Shown here: positions 55,249-64,000 of the stretch, piece after piece
Layout of the letters: every line of letters starts with the position of its first letter
Position numbering within the stretch: position 1 is the first letter of the stretch
Virus record (IMG/VR): IMGVR_UViG_3300020451_002162
Span: 1-64,000 of that record
Direction: 5' to 3' (one strand)
Length of the DNA: 64,000 bases
Origin: a virus
Program-made: the position numbers and the translations under genes
The notes under the pieces: generated by a model
Seen by the model: only the letters and a program-made list of their open reading frames with translations
Database searches by the model: none
Told to the model about the DNA's origin: nothing

Positions 55249-56712
55249 ATGATACTATCCAACCCATCCGCTGAGAGAGCTGTACTATCGGCTATTATTA
55301 AATACGGCTCAGATATATTTTATGATGTATCTGATATATTAACAGATAAATGCTTTACTATAGACAGTAATTCCAATATATTTCAGTGTATAAAAAAATC
55401 TATAGAAAAAAATAATCAAGATCAAATAGATTTAGCTTCTATCTATAGTAGCGCACAAGAACTTGGTATGTCTAAAGTGTTTTCTACCAAAGAAGAAAAT
55501 CAGCACTTAAAAGCAGTCATAGATTTCCCGGTAGAAAAAGAAAATGCTAGAAAATTTGCTACACAAATTAGAAAATTAGAGATAGCAAGAGAACTAAGAG
55601 AAAAACTACAGTCTGCTCAGAACGACCTACTTGATGTTACAGGCACGGAAAATGTATCTTCTATCTTGTCTATAGCTGAAGATAGCGTTCTTAATTTTTC
55701 GGAAAGTTTAACAGATACAGATAATCATCCGTCTCCTATGAGTGACGACATAGATGAATATATTCAACACCTTATAGATAACAAAACTGAGCAAGTAGGT
55801 ATACCAACAGGATTTCCTGTATATGATTCTTCTATTGGCGGAGGTTTAAGAAAAGGCACTGTTAATGTTATAGCGGCCCGACCAAAAACTGGTAAAACTT
55901 TGTTGTCTGATAACATGGGCTTTTTTATTGCTAGTAAAATGGGTGTTCCTGTTTTAAATTTAGATACAGAAATGAACAAAGAAGATCATATCAACCGCAT
56001 ATTAGCTATGATTACAGAAGTATCTATTAATAAGATAGAAACCGGTAGGTTCGTAGATTCAGCTAGCCATAAAACAAAAATAGAAAAAGGTATACAAAAA
56101 ATCAAAGACTCAAAACTATATTACAAATCTATTGCTGGAAAAAGTTTTGATGAGCAGATATCTTTGATGAGAAGATGGATAATGACAGAGGTAGGAATGA
56201 ACAGTGATGGCACAGCTAAAGATTGTGTTATATTTTACGATTATTTAAAATTGATGGATACTCAGGGTATGTCTCAAGATATGAAAGAATATCAGGTTCT
56301 TGGATTTATGATGACAGCCTTACATAACTTTGCTGTAAAGTATAAGATACCAATTGTTTCATTTATACAATTAAACCGAGATGGCATCACCAAGGAAACC
56401 ACCGATGCCGCAAGTGGTTCTGACAGAATCGTATGGTTGTGTAGTAATTTTAGTATTTTCAAAAGAAAAACAGATGAAGAAATAGCAGAAGACGGACCAG
56501 ATAATGGTAATAGAAAATTAGTGCCTATTATCAGTAGACATGGTGGAGGATTAGATGACAACGACTATATTAATTGTCATATGAAAGGCTGGTGTGCAAA
56601 AATTACAGAAGGCAAAACTCGACAAGAAGTAGTAAATAATACAGGAGACGATAAGGATGGCTTTGTTATTGGAGAAGAAGGTGAAGAACCAGAAACATTC
56701 ACGTTTAATTAG
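55249..56712 (+). CDS. dnaB: replicative DNA helicase
   Basis: AERAVL, GIPTGF, AARPKTGKT, DTEM, YDYLKL, IQLNR, SRHGG. Confidence 0.95.
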   Translation: MILSNPSAERAVLSAIIKYGSDIFYDVSDILTDKCFTIDSNSNIFQCIKKSIEKNNQDQIDLASIYSSAQELGMSKVFSTKEENQHLKAVIDFPVEKENARKFATQIRKLEIARELREKLQSAQNDLLDVTGTENVSSILSIAEDSVLNFSESLTDTDNHPSPMSDDIDEYIQHLIDNKTEQVGIPTGFPVYDSSIGGGLRKGTVNVIAARPKTGKTLLSDNMGFFIASKMGVPVLNLDTEMNKEDHINRILAMITEVSINKIETGRFVDSASHKTKIEKGIQKIKDSKLYYKSIAGKSFDEQISLMRRWIMTEVGMNSDGTAKDCVIFYDYLKLMDTQGMSQDMKEYQVLGFMMTALHNFAVKYKIPIVSFIQLNRDGITKETTDAASGSDRIVWLCSNFSIFKRKTDEEIAEDGPDNGNRKLVPIISRHGGGLDDNDYINCHMKGWCAKITEGKTRQEVVNNTGDDKDGFVIGEEGEEPETFTFN

Positions 56713-57826
56713 TCAAGACAAATTAAAAGTAGTTTGTGACGGATTATGTGATAATATTGAAGAATTGCTTGAACGATTTGATATTGAATATTCTTGCAAT
56801 GGTAAACTATTAAGCATGTCCTGTCCTATACATGGTGGTGATAATACTACAGCTCTTAATATATATCCGGAAGGAGATACATATAGAGGAAACTGGAAGT
56901 GTAGAACGCACGGATGTGAAGAGGTATTTAAAGGTTCAATTATAGGATTTATTAGAGGTATACTATCTAGACATAAACATAACTGGGAAAAATCAGGAGA
57001 CAAAACGGTATCTTTTCAGGAAACTTTAAATTTTTGTTTAGCTTTTATAAATCAAGATCTTGATAAAATATCTATTGATCATACACATAGAGACAAAAGT
57101 AAATTTGTAGCAGCAATAAAAAATACTAGTAATAATTCTGAAAAAGTAGAAAATGGCGTAGCCAGAAATGTTGTTAGGAAACATCTAGATTTAAAACACC
57201 CGTATTATATAGATCGAGGATTCTCAGCAGAAATTTTAGATAAATATGATGTTGGATATTGTTCTTCTAAAGGTAAAGAAATGTCTGGTCGGATTGTAGT
57301 GCCAGTATATGATCATGATTATCATCATATGATAGGCTGTACAGGTAGAAGCATATTCGACGTTTGTAACAAATGTAAGCACTATCATGAGGCAGGTACT
57401 GCATGTCCCGATAAGAATGTGTTGTTTTTACATAGTAAATGGAGACATAGTAAAGGTCTGAAAACACAGAATTATCTATACAACATCTGGTTTGCTAAAA
57501 AGTTTATTAAGACAACATATACTGCTATAGTGGTAGAAAGTCCAGGTAATGTATGGAGACTTGAGGAAGCTGGTATACACAATAGTGTTGCAATATTTGG
57601 CTCTTCTATGAGCGATAGACAAAAAATGATACTTGATGCTTCAGGAGCTATGAATATAATAACAATTATGGATAATGACGAAGCGGGACAAAAAGCGGCA
57701 GATAAAATAAAAACAAAGTGTTGTAAAACCTATAATGTTAAAAATCTAAAAATTAAAACCGCTGACATTGCAGAAATGTCTGTTCAACAAATTAACGAAG
57801 AAATTAAACCTTTACTTAGTATGTGA
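56657..57826 (+). CDS. dnaG: DNA primase
   Basis: CPIH..C..C zinc finger, RIVVP, VVES..., TOPRIM MDNDEAG. Confidence 0.9.
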   Translation: MALLLEKKVKNQKHSRLISQDKLKVVCDGLCDNIEELLERFDIEYSCNGKLLSMSCPIHGGDNTTALNIYPEGDTYRGNWKCRTHGCEEVFKGSIIGFIRGILSRHKHNWEKSGDKTVSFQETLNFCLAFINQDLDKISIDHTHRDKSKFVAAIKNTSNNSEKVENGVARNVVRKHLDLKHPYYIDRGFSAEILDKYDVGYCSSKGKEMSGRIVVPVYDHDYHHMIGCTGRSIFDVCNKCKHYHEAGTACPDKNVLFLHSKWRHSKGLKTQNYLYNIWFAKKFIKTTYTAIVVESPGNVWRLEEAGIHNSVAIFGSSMSDRQKMILDASGAMNIITIMDNDEAGQKAADKIKTKCCKTYNVKNLKIKTADIAEMSVQQINEEIKPLLSM

Positions 57827-58590
57827 GTTTTATTATGACAACAATTATAGCTCTTTCAGGAAGAAAGCAATCGGGCAAAACTACCATTGGTAATTTTTTT
57901 ATTAGCTTGTTTCTCTCAAACGCAGGAGTTTCAAAAGAAATAAAAATAGAAGATGATGGAGACATTACTCTTTCTGATATTCATGGTAATGAACTATACA
58001 AAAAAATAACACCAAGATATGAATTAGAAAAAGATTTCGTTGTAGCAAATTTATATAAAGAGCTAGATCAGCACATAAAAATATATAATTTTGCTGATAC
58101 ATTAAAACAGAATGTTTGTATGGAAGTGCTTGGTTTATCTTATGAGCAGTGTTATGGCACGGACGAAAATAAAAATGAACTTGTCGATTGTTTTTTGCCG
58201 TGTACCACACTATCTCGTGAGACAGAAGCTGACAAGCAAATGACAGCGAGAGAAGTCATGCAATATGTAGGCACTGATATTTTTAGAAGAATTAAAAAAA
58301 CAGTATGGATAGACAGCACGATGTCTCGCATATCTAAAGAAAAACCGAAAATGGCAATTATTACTGATTGTAGATTTCCGGACGAGGTTGATGCCGTCAA
58401 GAATGCAGGAGGGTATGTGATCAGGTTAACCAGAGATTTGCATAACTCATCACATATTAGTGAAACTGCCTTGGACAAAGAGAACTATGATTGGAAGAAT
58501 TTTGATTATGTGTTAGATAATCAGAATCTAACTATATATGAACAATCTTTACAAATCCAGGAATGGTTAGACACATTACCAGCTACATAA
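57823..58590 (+). CDS. deoxynucleoside monophosphate kinase
   Basis: SGRKQSGKT, FADTLK, AREVMQYVGT, ITDCRFPDE, HISE. Confidence 0.9.
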   Translation: MSFIMTTIIALSGRKQSGKTTIGNFFISLFLSNAGVSKEIKIEDDGDITLSDIHGNELYKKITPRYELEKDFVVANLYKELDQHIKIYNFADTLKQNVCMEVLGLSYEQCYGTDENKNELVDCFLPCTTLSRETEADKQMTAREVMQYVGTDIFRRIKKTVWIDSTMSRISKEKPKMAIITDCRFPDEVDAVKNAGGYVIRLTRDLHNSSHISETALDKENYDWKNFDYVLDNQNLTIYEQSLQIQEWLDTLPAT

Positions 58591-58591
58591 T

Positions 58592-59635
58592 ATGATTATA
58601 ACTTACTTTCGTTCTTCTAGCTACAACACGCACAATATGTGCCCTCAGCAATATTTTTTTGAATATGTCCTTGGGTGGAGAGGTAGTTCTGGGCTGAAAG
58701 CTGACAAAGGAACTATTGTACACAAAGTATTAGAAATACTAGCTGTTATAAAACAAGGTTTACAAAATAATAAAAAAGAAATTATAGATGACATACTAGG
58801 AAATATTAGCACTACAGAATATGATTTAGAAGAAATTATTAAACAAGTTTATGATCATTACTCTTCACATAATAGTCATCACAACTGGAAACCGAGAGAT
58901 AGTAAAGACTGTAGAGATTGGGTATATAAAGCATTAGAATTTAATGATGGTATGTTTGATCCTAGAAAAAGGAATATTTTAGAACCAGAACAACATTTTG
59001 ATTTTGAAATTAATAAAAGCTGGGCAGATTATGACTATGAAACATCCGAAGGTAGACTATCTGGCAAACTAGCACTAAAAGGAACGATAGATTTAATCAC
59101 ATTAGTTAATGACGAAACCATAGAAATTATAGATTGGAAAACTGGTAAAAGGCTAGATTGGGCTACAGGTAAAGAGAAAACCCAAGAAAAACTTGAAGTA
59201 GACCCTCAGTTAAGAATATATTACTATGCTATCAAAAATTTGTATCCAAATATTAAATATGTTATTTTCTCTATATATTTTATAAATGATGGAGGACCTT
59301 TCTCTGTTTGTTTTGGTGATGAAGACATGGAAGCAACCGAACATTTGTTAAGACAAAAATTTGAGCATATAAAACATACTCGCAAGCCAAATCTAAAAAA
59401 GAGCTGGATGTGTACCAAGTTATGTCATTTTGGCAAAACAACATTCGAGGATACGCATATTGAGCCAATGGATGAATATAGAGATAATCAAAGAACAACG
59501 CCCGGATATACTATGACGAAGTGTGAACAAGTTAAACACGATTTAGACTTGTACGGCATAGACGCAACTACTAATATATATAAACACCCTAACCATAAAT
59601 TTGGAAAATATCAAGCTCCCGGATCAACAGAATGA
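58592..59635 (+). CDS. PD-(D/E)xK exonuclease (Cas4/AddB-like)
   Basis: CP..Y, GT.VH..LE, GTIDL, IDWKTG, QLRIY, C-terminal Cys cluster. Confidence 0.85.
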   Translation: MIITYFRSSSYNTHNMCPQQYFFEYVLGWRGSSGLKADKGTIVHKVLEILAVIKQGLQNNKKEIIDDILGNISTTEYDLEEIIKQVYDHYSSHNSHHNWKPRDSKDCRDWVYKALEFNDGMFDPRKRNILEPEQHFDFEINKSWADYDYETSEGRLSGKLALKGTIDLITLVNDETIEIIDWKTGKRLDWATGKEKTQEKLEVDPQLRIYYYAIKNLYPNIKYVIFSIYFINDGGPFSVCFGDEDMEATEHLLRQKFEHIKHTRKPNLKKSWMCTKLCHFGKTTFEDTHIEPMDEYRDNQRTTPGYTMTKCEQVKHDLDLYGIDATTNIYKHPNHKFGKYQAPGSTE

Positions 59636-61512
59636 ATCAGTATATACCTTTGCATGTGCATTCGCACTATTCTTTATTGGACGGATTATCTAAGCCCGCA
59701 CAGATAGCTGACAGGTGTTTAGAAATAGGCGTTAAATCTTGCGCTATCACAGATCATGGTACAATATCTGGCTGTGTACAGTTTTATGAAACCATGAAGA
59801 AAAAAAATATTAAACCAATCTTGGGCTGTGAAATCTATGTTTGTTCTCAAGATTCTCAAATCAAAAAACCAGAAAATGCTAAGCTGAGTCATTTCCTGTT
59901 ACTTGCTAAAAATAAAGCAGGCTGGGATTCTCTTATACAACTAGTTTCTTACAGCAATGTTGAATCTAGATACTATCATAAGCCTAGAGTTTCTCTAGAT
60001 GACTTACAGCAATTTATAGATGGAAACACCATAGGTTTTTGTGGACATCTTGGTTCTACGTTAGCTAATATTATACAAAAAAATAAAGACAATTCTGTAA
60101 TTAAAGAGGGTTGTGAATTTGTAGCTAGAATGCAAAGTGTATTTGGTAAAGATAATTTTTTCTTGGAAGCTCAACTCATGGATAGAGAGAATAATCCAGA
60201 GCAACAAGAAATGACAGACATGGTTAGAAGTATAGCAGAACAAAGCAATTGTAAAATGTTGTGTACGCCAGATGCACATTATTGTAGACAAGAGGACTCT
60301 ATAGATCAAAGAATATTATTATGCAACAATCTTAAAACCACATTGATTGATATTAATAAAAAGTGTTTAAACAACGAAAAAGTTCCAATGGGGGCTTTTT
60401 TCACTTCTGATAATTACCATATATTATCACAAGAAGAAATACAAGACTTACACACCCCAGAAGAAATTGAGACTACAAATCTTATTGACAGTATGTGCGA
60501 AGAATACGATATTCTTAGTGCTCCAATATTACCTCCGTATGATTGTCCAAATAATGCTGATCCAGCTGAATATTTACGCGAATTATGTAGACAAGGATGG
60601 AAGAAAAAAATAGCTAATGATATTCCTAAAGAACAGCATCAAGCATATGTAGATAGAATTAAAAGAGAACTTGATGTTTTACAAGGCGCTGGTCTATCTA
60701 GTTATTTTCTAACTGTTGTCGATATAGTAGATTATGTTAGAAATAAAAATTGGTTACCTGGTCCCGGAAGAGGTTCTGCTGCAGGATGTTTGGTTTCATA
60801 TCTAATTGGTATCACCTCTATAGATCCGATTAAATACAATCTTATTTTTGAAAGATTTTATAATTCTGGTAGAAATACCAAAGACAGAGTATCTATGCCA
60901 GATATTGATGTCGATGTACCAATTAATAAAAGAGAAGATGTCATATCTTATATTAAAAATAAATACGGTAATGATAAAGTTTCTCAGATGATCACATACA
61001 ATACCATGAAAGGAAGAGGAGCCTTAAAAGAAGTTTTAAGAGTTTATGGTAATATAAATTTTGAAGAAATGAATAGAATCACCAAAAACATCCCTGATGA
61101 AGCCAAAATAGCAGATGAACTACAAGAAATGAAAGAAATTACTGGAGAATCTTCTATTATTAGATGGGCATTAGAAAATAATGTTGACAGACTCAAAGAA
61201 TGGTGTTATATTGATGAGAGTGGACAATTAGCGGGTCCATTATCTAAAAGATTTGAGCAAGCTATGCGTTTGGAAGGAACTAAGTCTAATCAATCAAAAC
61301 ATGCAGCCGGTGTAGTTATTAGTAGCAGTCCTTTGCGAGATATTTGTCCTATGGTTTTAGACACAAAAAACAAGCAACAAATAGCCGGAATGGAAATGCA
61401 AGACTTAGAAGCTCTTGGCATGATTAAGTTTGATATTTTAGGTATTGCTATGTTAGATAAAATCATGTCTATATCAGAACATTTATTTAAAGGAGACACC
61501 GATGATAGCTAA
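59632..61512 (+). CDS. dnaE: DNA polymerase III alpha, N-terminal part (PHP plus palm/thumb)
   Basis: LHVHSHYSLLDG, TDHG, DAHY, GPGRGSAAG, MPDIDVD, HAAGVVI, KFDILG. Confidence 0.95.
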   Translation: MNQYIPLHVHSHYSLLDGLSKPAQIADRCLEIGVKSCAITDHGTISGCVQFYETMKKKNIKPILGCEIYVCSQDSQIKKPENAKLSHFLLLAKNKAGWDSLIQLVSYSNVESRYYHKPRVSLDDLQQFIDGNTIGFCGHLGSTLANIIQKNKDNSVIKEGCEFVARMQSVFGKDNFFLEAQLMDRENNPEQQEMTDMVRSIAEQSNCKMLCTPDAHYCRQEDSIDQRILLCNNLKTTLIDINKKCLNNEKVPMGAFFTSDNYHILSQEEIQDLHTPEEIETTNLIDSMCEEYDILSAPILPPYDCPNNADPAEYLRELCRQGWKKKIANDIPKEQHQAYVDRIKRELDVLQGAGLSSYFLTVVDIVDYVRNKNWLPGPGRGSAAGCLVSYLIGITSIDPIKYNLIFERFYNSGRNTKDRVSMPDIDVDVPINKREDVISYIKNKYGNDKVSQMITYNTMKGRGALKEVLRVYGNINFEEMNRITKNIPDEAKIADELQEMKEITGESSIIRWALENNVDRLKEWCYIDESGQLAGPLSKRFEQAMRLEGTKSNQSKHAAGVVISSSPLRDICPMVLDTKNKQQIAGMEMQDLEALGMIKFDILGIAMLDKIMSISEHLFKGDTDDS

Positions 61513-61684
61513 AAAATTTGCAGAATTATCAGTAAACTCAAAATTTGTACATAATAATATTGAGTATCAAAAATTGCAACCAATCAAAATATCTTGTTGT
61601 AAATCCGTTAATGCTTGTGTGGTATCTCAACCTGCTACAAAAGTATTTATTAACCCTAACCAGGAAGTTAAAGTAAATGGCTAA
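61502..61684 (+). CDS. small hypothetical protein
   Basis: AGGAG RBS; overlaps both neighbours. Confidence 0.65.
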   Translation: MIAKKFAELSVNSKFVHNNIEYQKLQPIKISCCKSVNACVVSQPATKVFINPNQEVKVNG

Positions 61685-62375
61685 TTTTCATAAAATTTGT
61701 GTATTTGATTTAGAAACAGATGGAACAGATCCAAACAGCTGCAGCCCTGTTCAAATTGCGGCTGTTATGGTCGATCCGTTCAAATTAGAAATTATACCTG
61801 ATTCTAAATTTAATATTAATTTAAAACCAGAAAAATTAGAAGAGAATCAAAATTATGCCTATGAAGACAGTGACGTTTTAGATTTTCATGCAAAAGTTAA
61901 GGGAGTCACTAGCGCTCAAGTTTTAGACGAGTGGCAAAATTATCATTCTCAAAAACAAGGTTGGACTTCTTTCGTGAGTTATTTAGATATGTATCATCTG
62001 GGTAATAGAAAAAAGAAATCTCAATTCACAGCTCCTATTGCGGCTGGTTATAATATTTTTAGGTTTGATTTGAAAATTATTGACAGACTAAGTAAAAAAT
62101 ATGGAAACACAAACGCAGAAAAAGGTAGTGCTTTGTTTTTCCCTAGAGATACTGTAGATTTAATTAATACGGTATTTTGTTGGTTTGAAGGAAATGACGA
62201 ATTGAAAAACTATACCTTGGACCATCTAAGAGATTATTTTGGCATGGTTAAGGATGGTGCTCATGACGCATTAAAGGATGTAGAAGATACTGCAGAATTA
62301 GCTATCCGTTTTCTAAGACTTCACAGAAAGCTTTCAGCTAAAATTAGATTTAAGGACTCTTTTGTAGCGAATTAG
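61677..62375 (+). CDS. DEDDh 3'-5' exonuclease (DnaQ-like)
   Basis: FDLETDG, GYNIFRFD, DT, HDALKD. Confidence 0.9.
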   Translation: MANFHKICVFDLETDGTDPNSCSPVQIAAVMVDPFKLEIIPDSKFNINLKPEKLEENQNYAYEDSDVLDFHAKVKGVTSAQVLDEWQNYHSQKQGWTSFVSYLDMYHLGNRKKKSQFTAPIAAGYNIFRFDLKIIDRLSKKYGNTNAEKGSALFFPRDTVDLINTVFCWFEGNDELKNYTLDHLRDYFGMVKDGAHDALKDVEDTAELAIRFLRLHRKLSAKIRFKDSFVAN

Positions 62376-62382
62376 TAAATAA

Positions 62383-63996
62383 ATGAAAAATAAATATTTG
62401 ACCTTTTCTTGTGGATGTAAGTTTCCATTGGGAGAAAATAATTCTGTAACATTTGATACAGATGTCTCTTCTTTAAATATGGAATGTTCTAAAACATGGG
62501 ACTTGATATCTGAAGGTAATACTAAAGGATGTTTTCAGTTAGAATCAAGACTTGGACAATCTATGTCCAAAAAATTAAAACCGTCTAACATAGAACAATT
62601 ATCTGGTTTAATTAGTATCCTAAGACCGGGCTGCTTAGAAGCCTATAGAGACGGCAAGAGTGTGTCTAATCATTATATAGACAAAAAAAATAATTTAGAG
62701 GGTATTGATTATTTCCATCCTAGCTTAGAAGATATACTACAACCTACGTACGGAGAAATGATATATCAAGAACAAGCTATGAGAATTACACAAAAAATAG
62801 CTGGATTTGACCTAAAAGAAGCAGATATGCTTAGAAAAGCTATTGGTAAGAAAAAGCCTGAAGAGATGGCAAAAGTTAAAAAAAGATTTATAACAGGGTG
62901 TAAGAAGGAAAATACTGTTTCTAAAGAAGAAGCTGAAGAAATATTTGGCTGGATTGAAAAAAGTCAAAGATATTCTTTTAATAAAAGTCATGCTATATCT
63001 TATGCAATGAACGCCTATCTGTCTGCTTATGCTAAAGCTCATTTCCCTAAAATGTTTTTTGCTTCATATTTAAAATTTGCTAAAGATAAGATTGACCCTC
63101 AACAAGAGATTAAAGAACTCATCAGAAATGCTAGTGAAATGGATGTTTCCGTAAGCACCCCTGACCTAAGAAACCTAAACAGGTTGTTTGTAGTCGGCTC
63201 TGAATATATATATTTTGGACTAACTGATATTAAAGGGGTTGGAAATTCTGTATTTGACAAAATTATACAAATCACTCAAGAAGGTTTTGATGTAAGTAAA
63301 ACTTCTTGGTGCTATATCCTATTCGGTTTGTTATTAAAAATCAATTCCACCGCAGTTAAAGCTTTGATCAGTTCTGGGGCCTTAGATTATCTTAAAATAA
63401 ATAGAACCAAAATGCTATTTGAGTACGATATAGCTTCTTCTCTAACAAAAAAAGAAGCAGCTTTCTGCGAAACACAATCTATGGAAATAGACAAGTTGAA
63501 AACTTTATTAGAGAATTTATTAGATGCTCCAAGAGTAAATAAAAATAGGAAAATCAAAATAAATGATGCAATTAGTATGCTAAAAAAACCTCCGTACTCT
63601 CTACAAGACCGTATAGAATGGTTATCAGACAGCGAGAGTTCTTTACTGGGTGCTGCTATATCTTGTTGTAAATTAGATTCTTACGATATCAGTATGACCA
63701 ATACGGATTGTAAGACATTTAAAAAGAGTCATAATAAAAATAATATTATTATTGCTGGAGAAATAAGCGGCGTAAATGTAGTTAAGACTAAAAAGGGTAA
63801 AAATCCTGGTCAAGATATGGCTTTTGTAACCATAGAAGACAGTACTGGCATATTAGACTCTGTGATAATGTTTCCAGAAACTTGGTCGCAATACAAACAC
63901 CATATATTTGATAGTAATGTACTTGTTTTTGTAGGAAATAAAACTAAGCAGTCAGACGGGTTTATAGTCGAAAAATGTTTCGACGCACACACTTGA
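62383..63996 (+). CDS. dnaE: DNA polymerase III alpha, C-terminal part (fingers, HhH, OB)
   Basis: GCFQLES, RPG, IYQEQ, AD.LRKAIGKKK, YSFNKSHA..Y, GLTDIKGVG, MAFVTIED. Confidence 0.95.
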   Translation: MKNKYLTFSCGCKFPLGENNSVTFDTDVSSLNMECSKTWDLISEGNTKGCFQLESRLGQSMSKKLKPSNIEQLSGLISILRPGCLEAYRDGKSVSNHYIDKKNNLEGIDYFHPSLEDILQPTYGEMIYQEQAMRITQKIAGFDLKEADMLRKAIGKKKPEEMAKVKKRFITGCKKENTVSKEEAEEIFGWIEKSQRYSFNKSHAISYAMNAYLSAYAKAHFPKMFFASYLKFAKDKIDPQQEIKELIRNASEMDVSVSTPDLRNLNRLFVVGSEYIYFGLTDIKGVGNSVFDKIIQITQEGFDVSKTSWCYILFGLLLKINSTAVKALISSGALDYLKINRTKMLFEYDIASSLTKKEAAFCETQSMEIDKLKTLLENLLDAPRVNKNRKIKINDAISMLKKPPYSLQDRIEWLSDSESSLLGAAISCCKLDSYDISMTNTDCKTFKKSHNKNNIIIAGEISGVNVVKTKKGKNPGQDMAFVTIEDSTGILDSVIMFPETWSQYKHHIFDSNVLVFVGNKTKQSDGFIVEKCFDAHT

Positions 63997-64000
63997 CTTA

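Noticed and set aside
58592-59635. CRISPR-associated cas4
   Set aside because: No cas1, cas2 or array; stand-alone Cas4/AddB-like nucleases are common in phage replication modules
634-63992. Numerous short antisense or nested ORFs in the track (e.g. 634-816, 4860-5111, 25129-25479, 40217-40540, 58152-58478)
   Set aside because: They overlap well-supported genes and have no recognisable motifs
59632-63996. Split intein or frameshifted pseudogene explaining the two dnaE ORFs
   Set aside because: No intein terminal motifs are visible, the halves are separated by two intact genes, and catalytic motifs are preserved
1-64000. Alternative genetic code (stop-codon reassignment)
   Set aside because: Code 11 gives full-length genes with dense tiling, and TAA, TAG and TGA all end genes at sensible positions
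1-64000. tRNA, rRNA, CRISPR array, transposase/integrase, or reverse transcriptase/DGR
   Set aside because: Intergenic gaps are short and show no cloverleaf or repeat-spacer pattern, and no such proteins were recognised; a short tRNA could be missed by eye
1-64000. Eukaryotic giant virus or bacterial chromosome origin
   Set aside because: Sigma factor, DnaE/DnaB/DnaG, SD sites and sigma70 promoters argue against a giant virus; absence of housekeeping genes and phage-type gene order argue against a chromosome

Overview
An AT-rich (roughly 30% GC by eye), gene-dense 64 kb segment that reads as part of a large tailed dsDNA phage genome. The likely host is Planctomycetota, because the window carries a DUF1559 prepilin-type gene. 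No terminase, portal or major capsid gene was recognised, so phage identity is inferred from gene content and organisation. Layout: (1) 1-10.4 kb, a minus-strand glycan block (split HldE heptose kinase and nucleotidyltransferase, GT9-like, GT25, GT60-like and HtrL-like transferases, cupins, a methyltransferase) interrupted by a plus-strand subtilisin. (2) 10.6-22.3 kb, the DUF1559 pilin, then a second glycan block (2OG-Fe(II) oxygenase, GT29 sialyltransferase-like, GT32, NeuA-like, HpcH aldolase), an NDT-like gene and guaC. (3) 22.4-40.5 kb, a sigma factor, ClpP, a degenerate DeoC, a membrane-protein/papain-peptidase cluster, and large Ig-like and Cys-rich putative virion proteins. (4) 40.5-46.5 kb, a third glycan block (RgpF-like, Fcl, sulfotransferase). 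(5) 46.5-64 kb, nucleotide metabolism and replication (dCMP deaminase, class II RNR, PhoH, RecA, DnaB, DnaG, dNMP kinase, Cas4/AddB-like nuclease, and DnaE split into two genes around a DnaQ-like exonuclease). Most notable: Ig-like domains broken across two consecutive gene junctions; a phage-borne planctomycete pilin between glycosylation operons; a candidate mucin-type O-glycosylation and ulosonic-acid capping system; an intein-free split DnaE; and a recurring hairpin-associated GGTGTAT intergenic motif. All family calls come from motif recognition by eye, not database searches.
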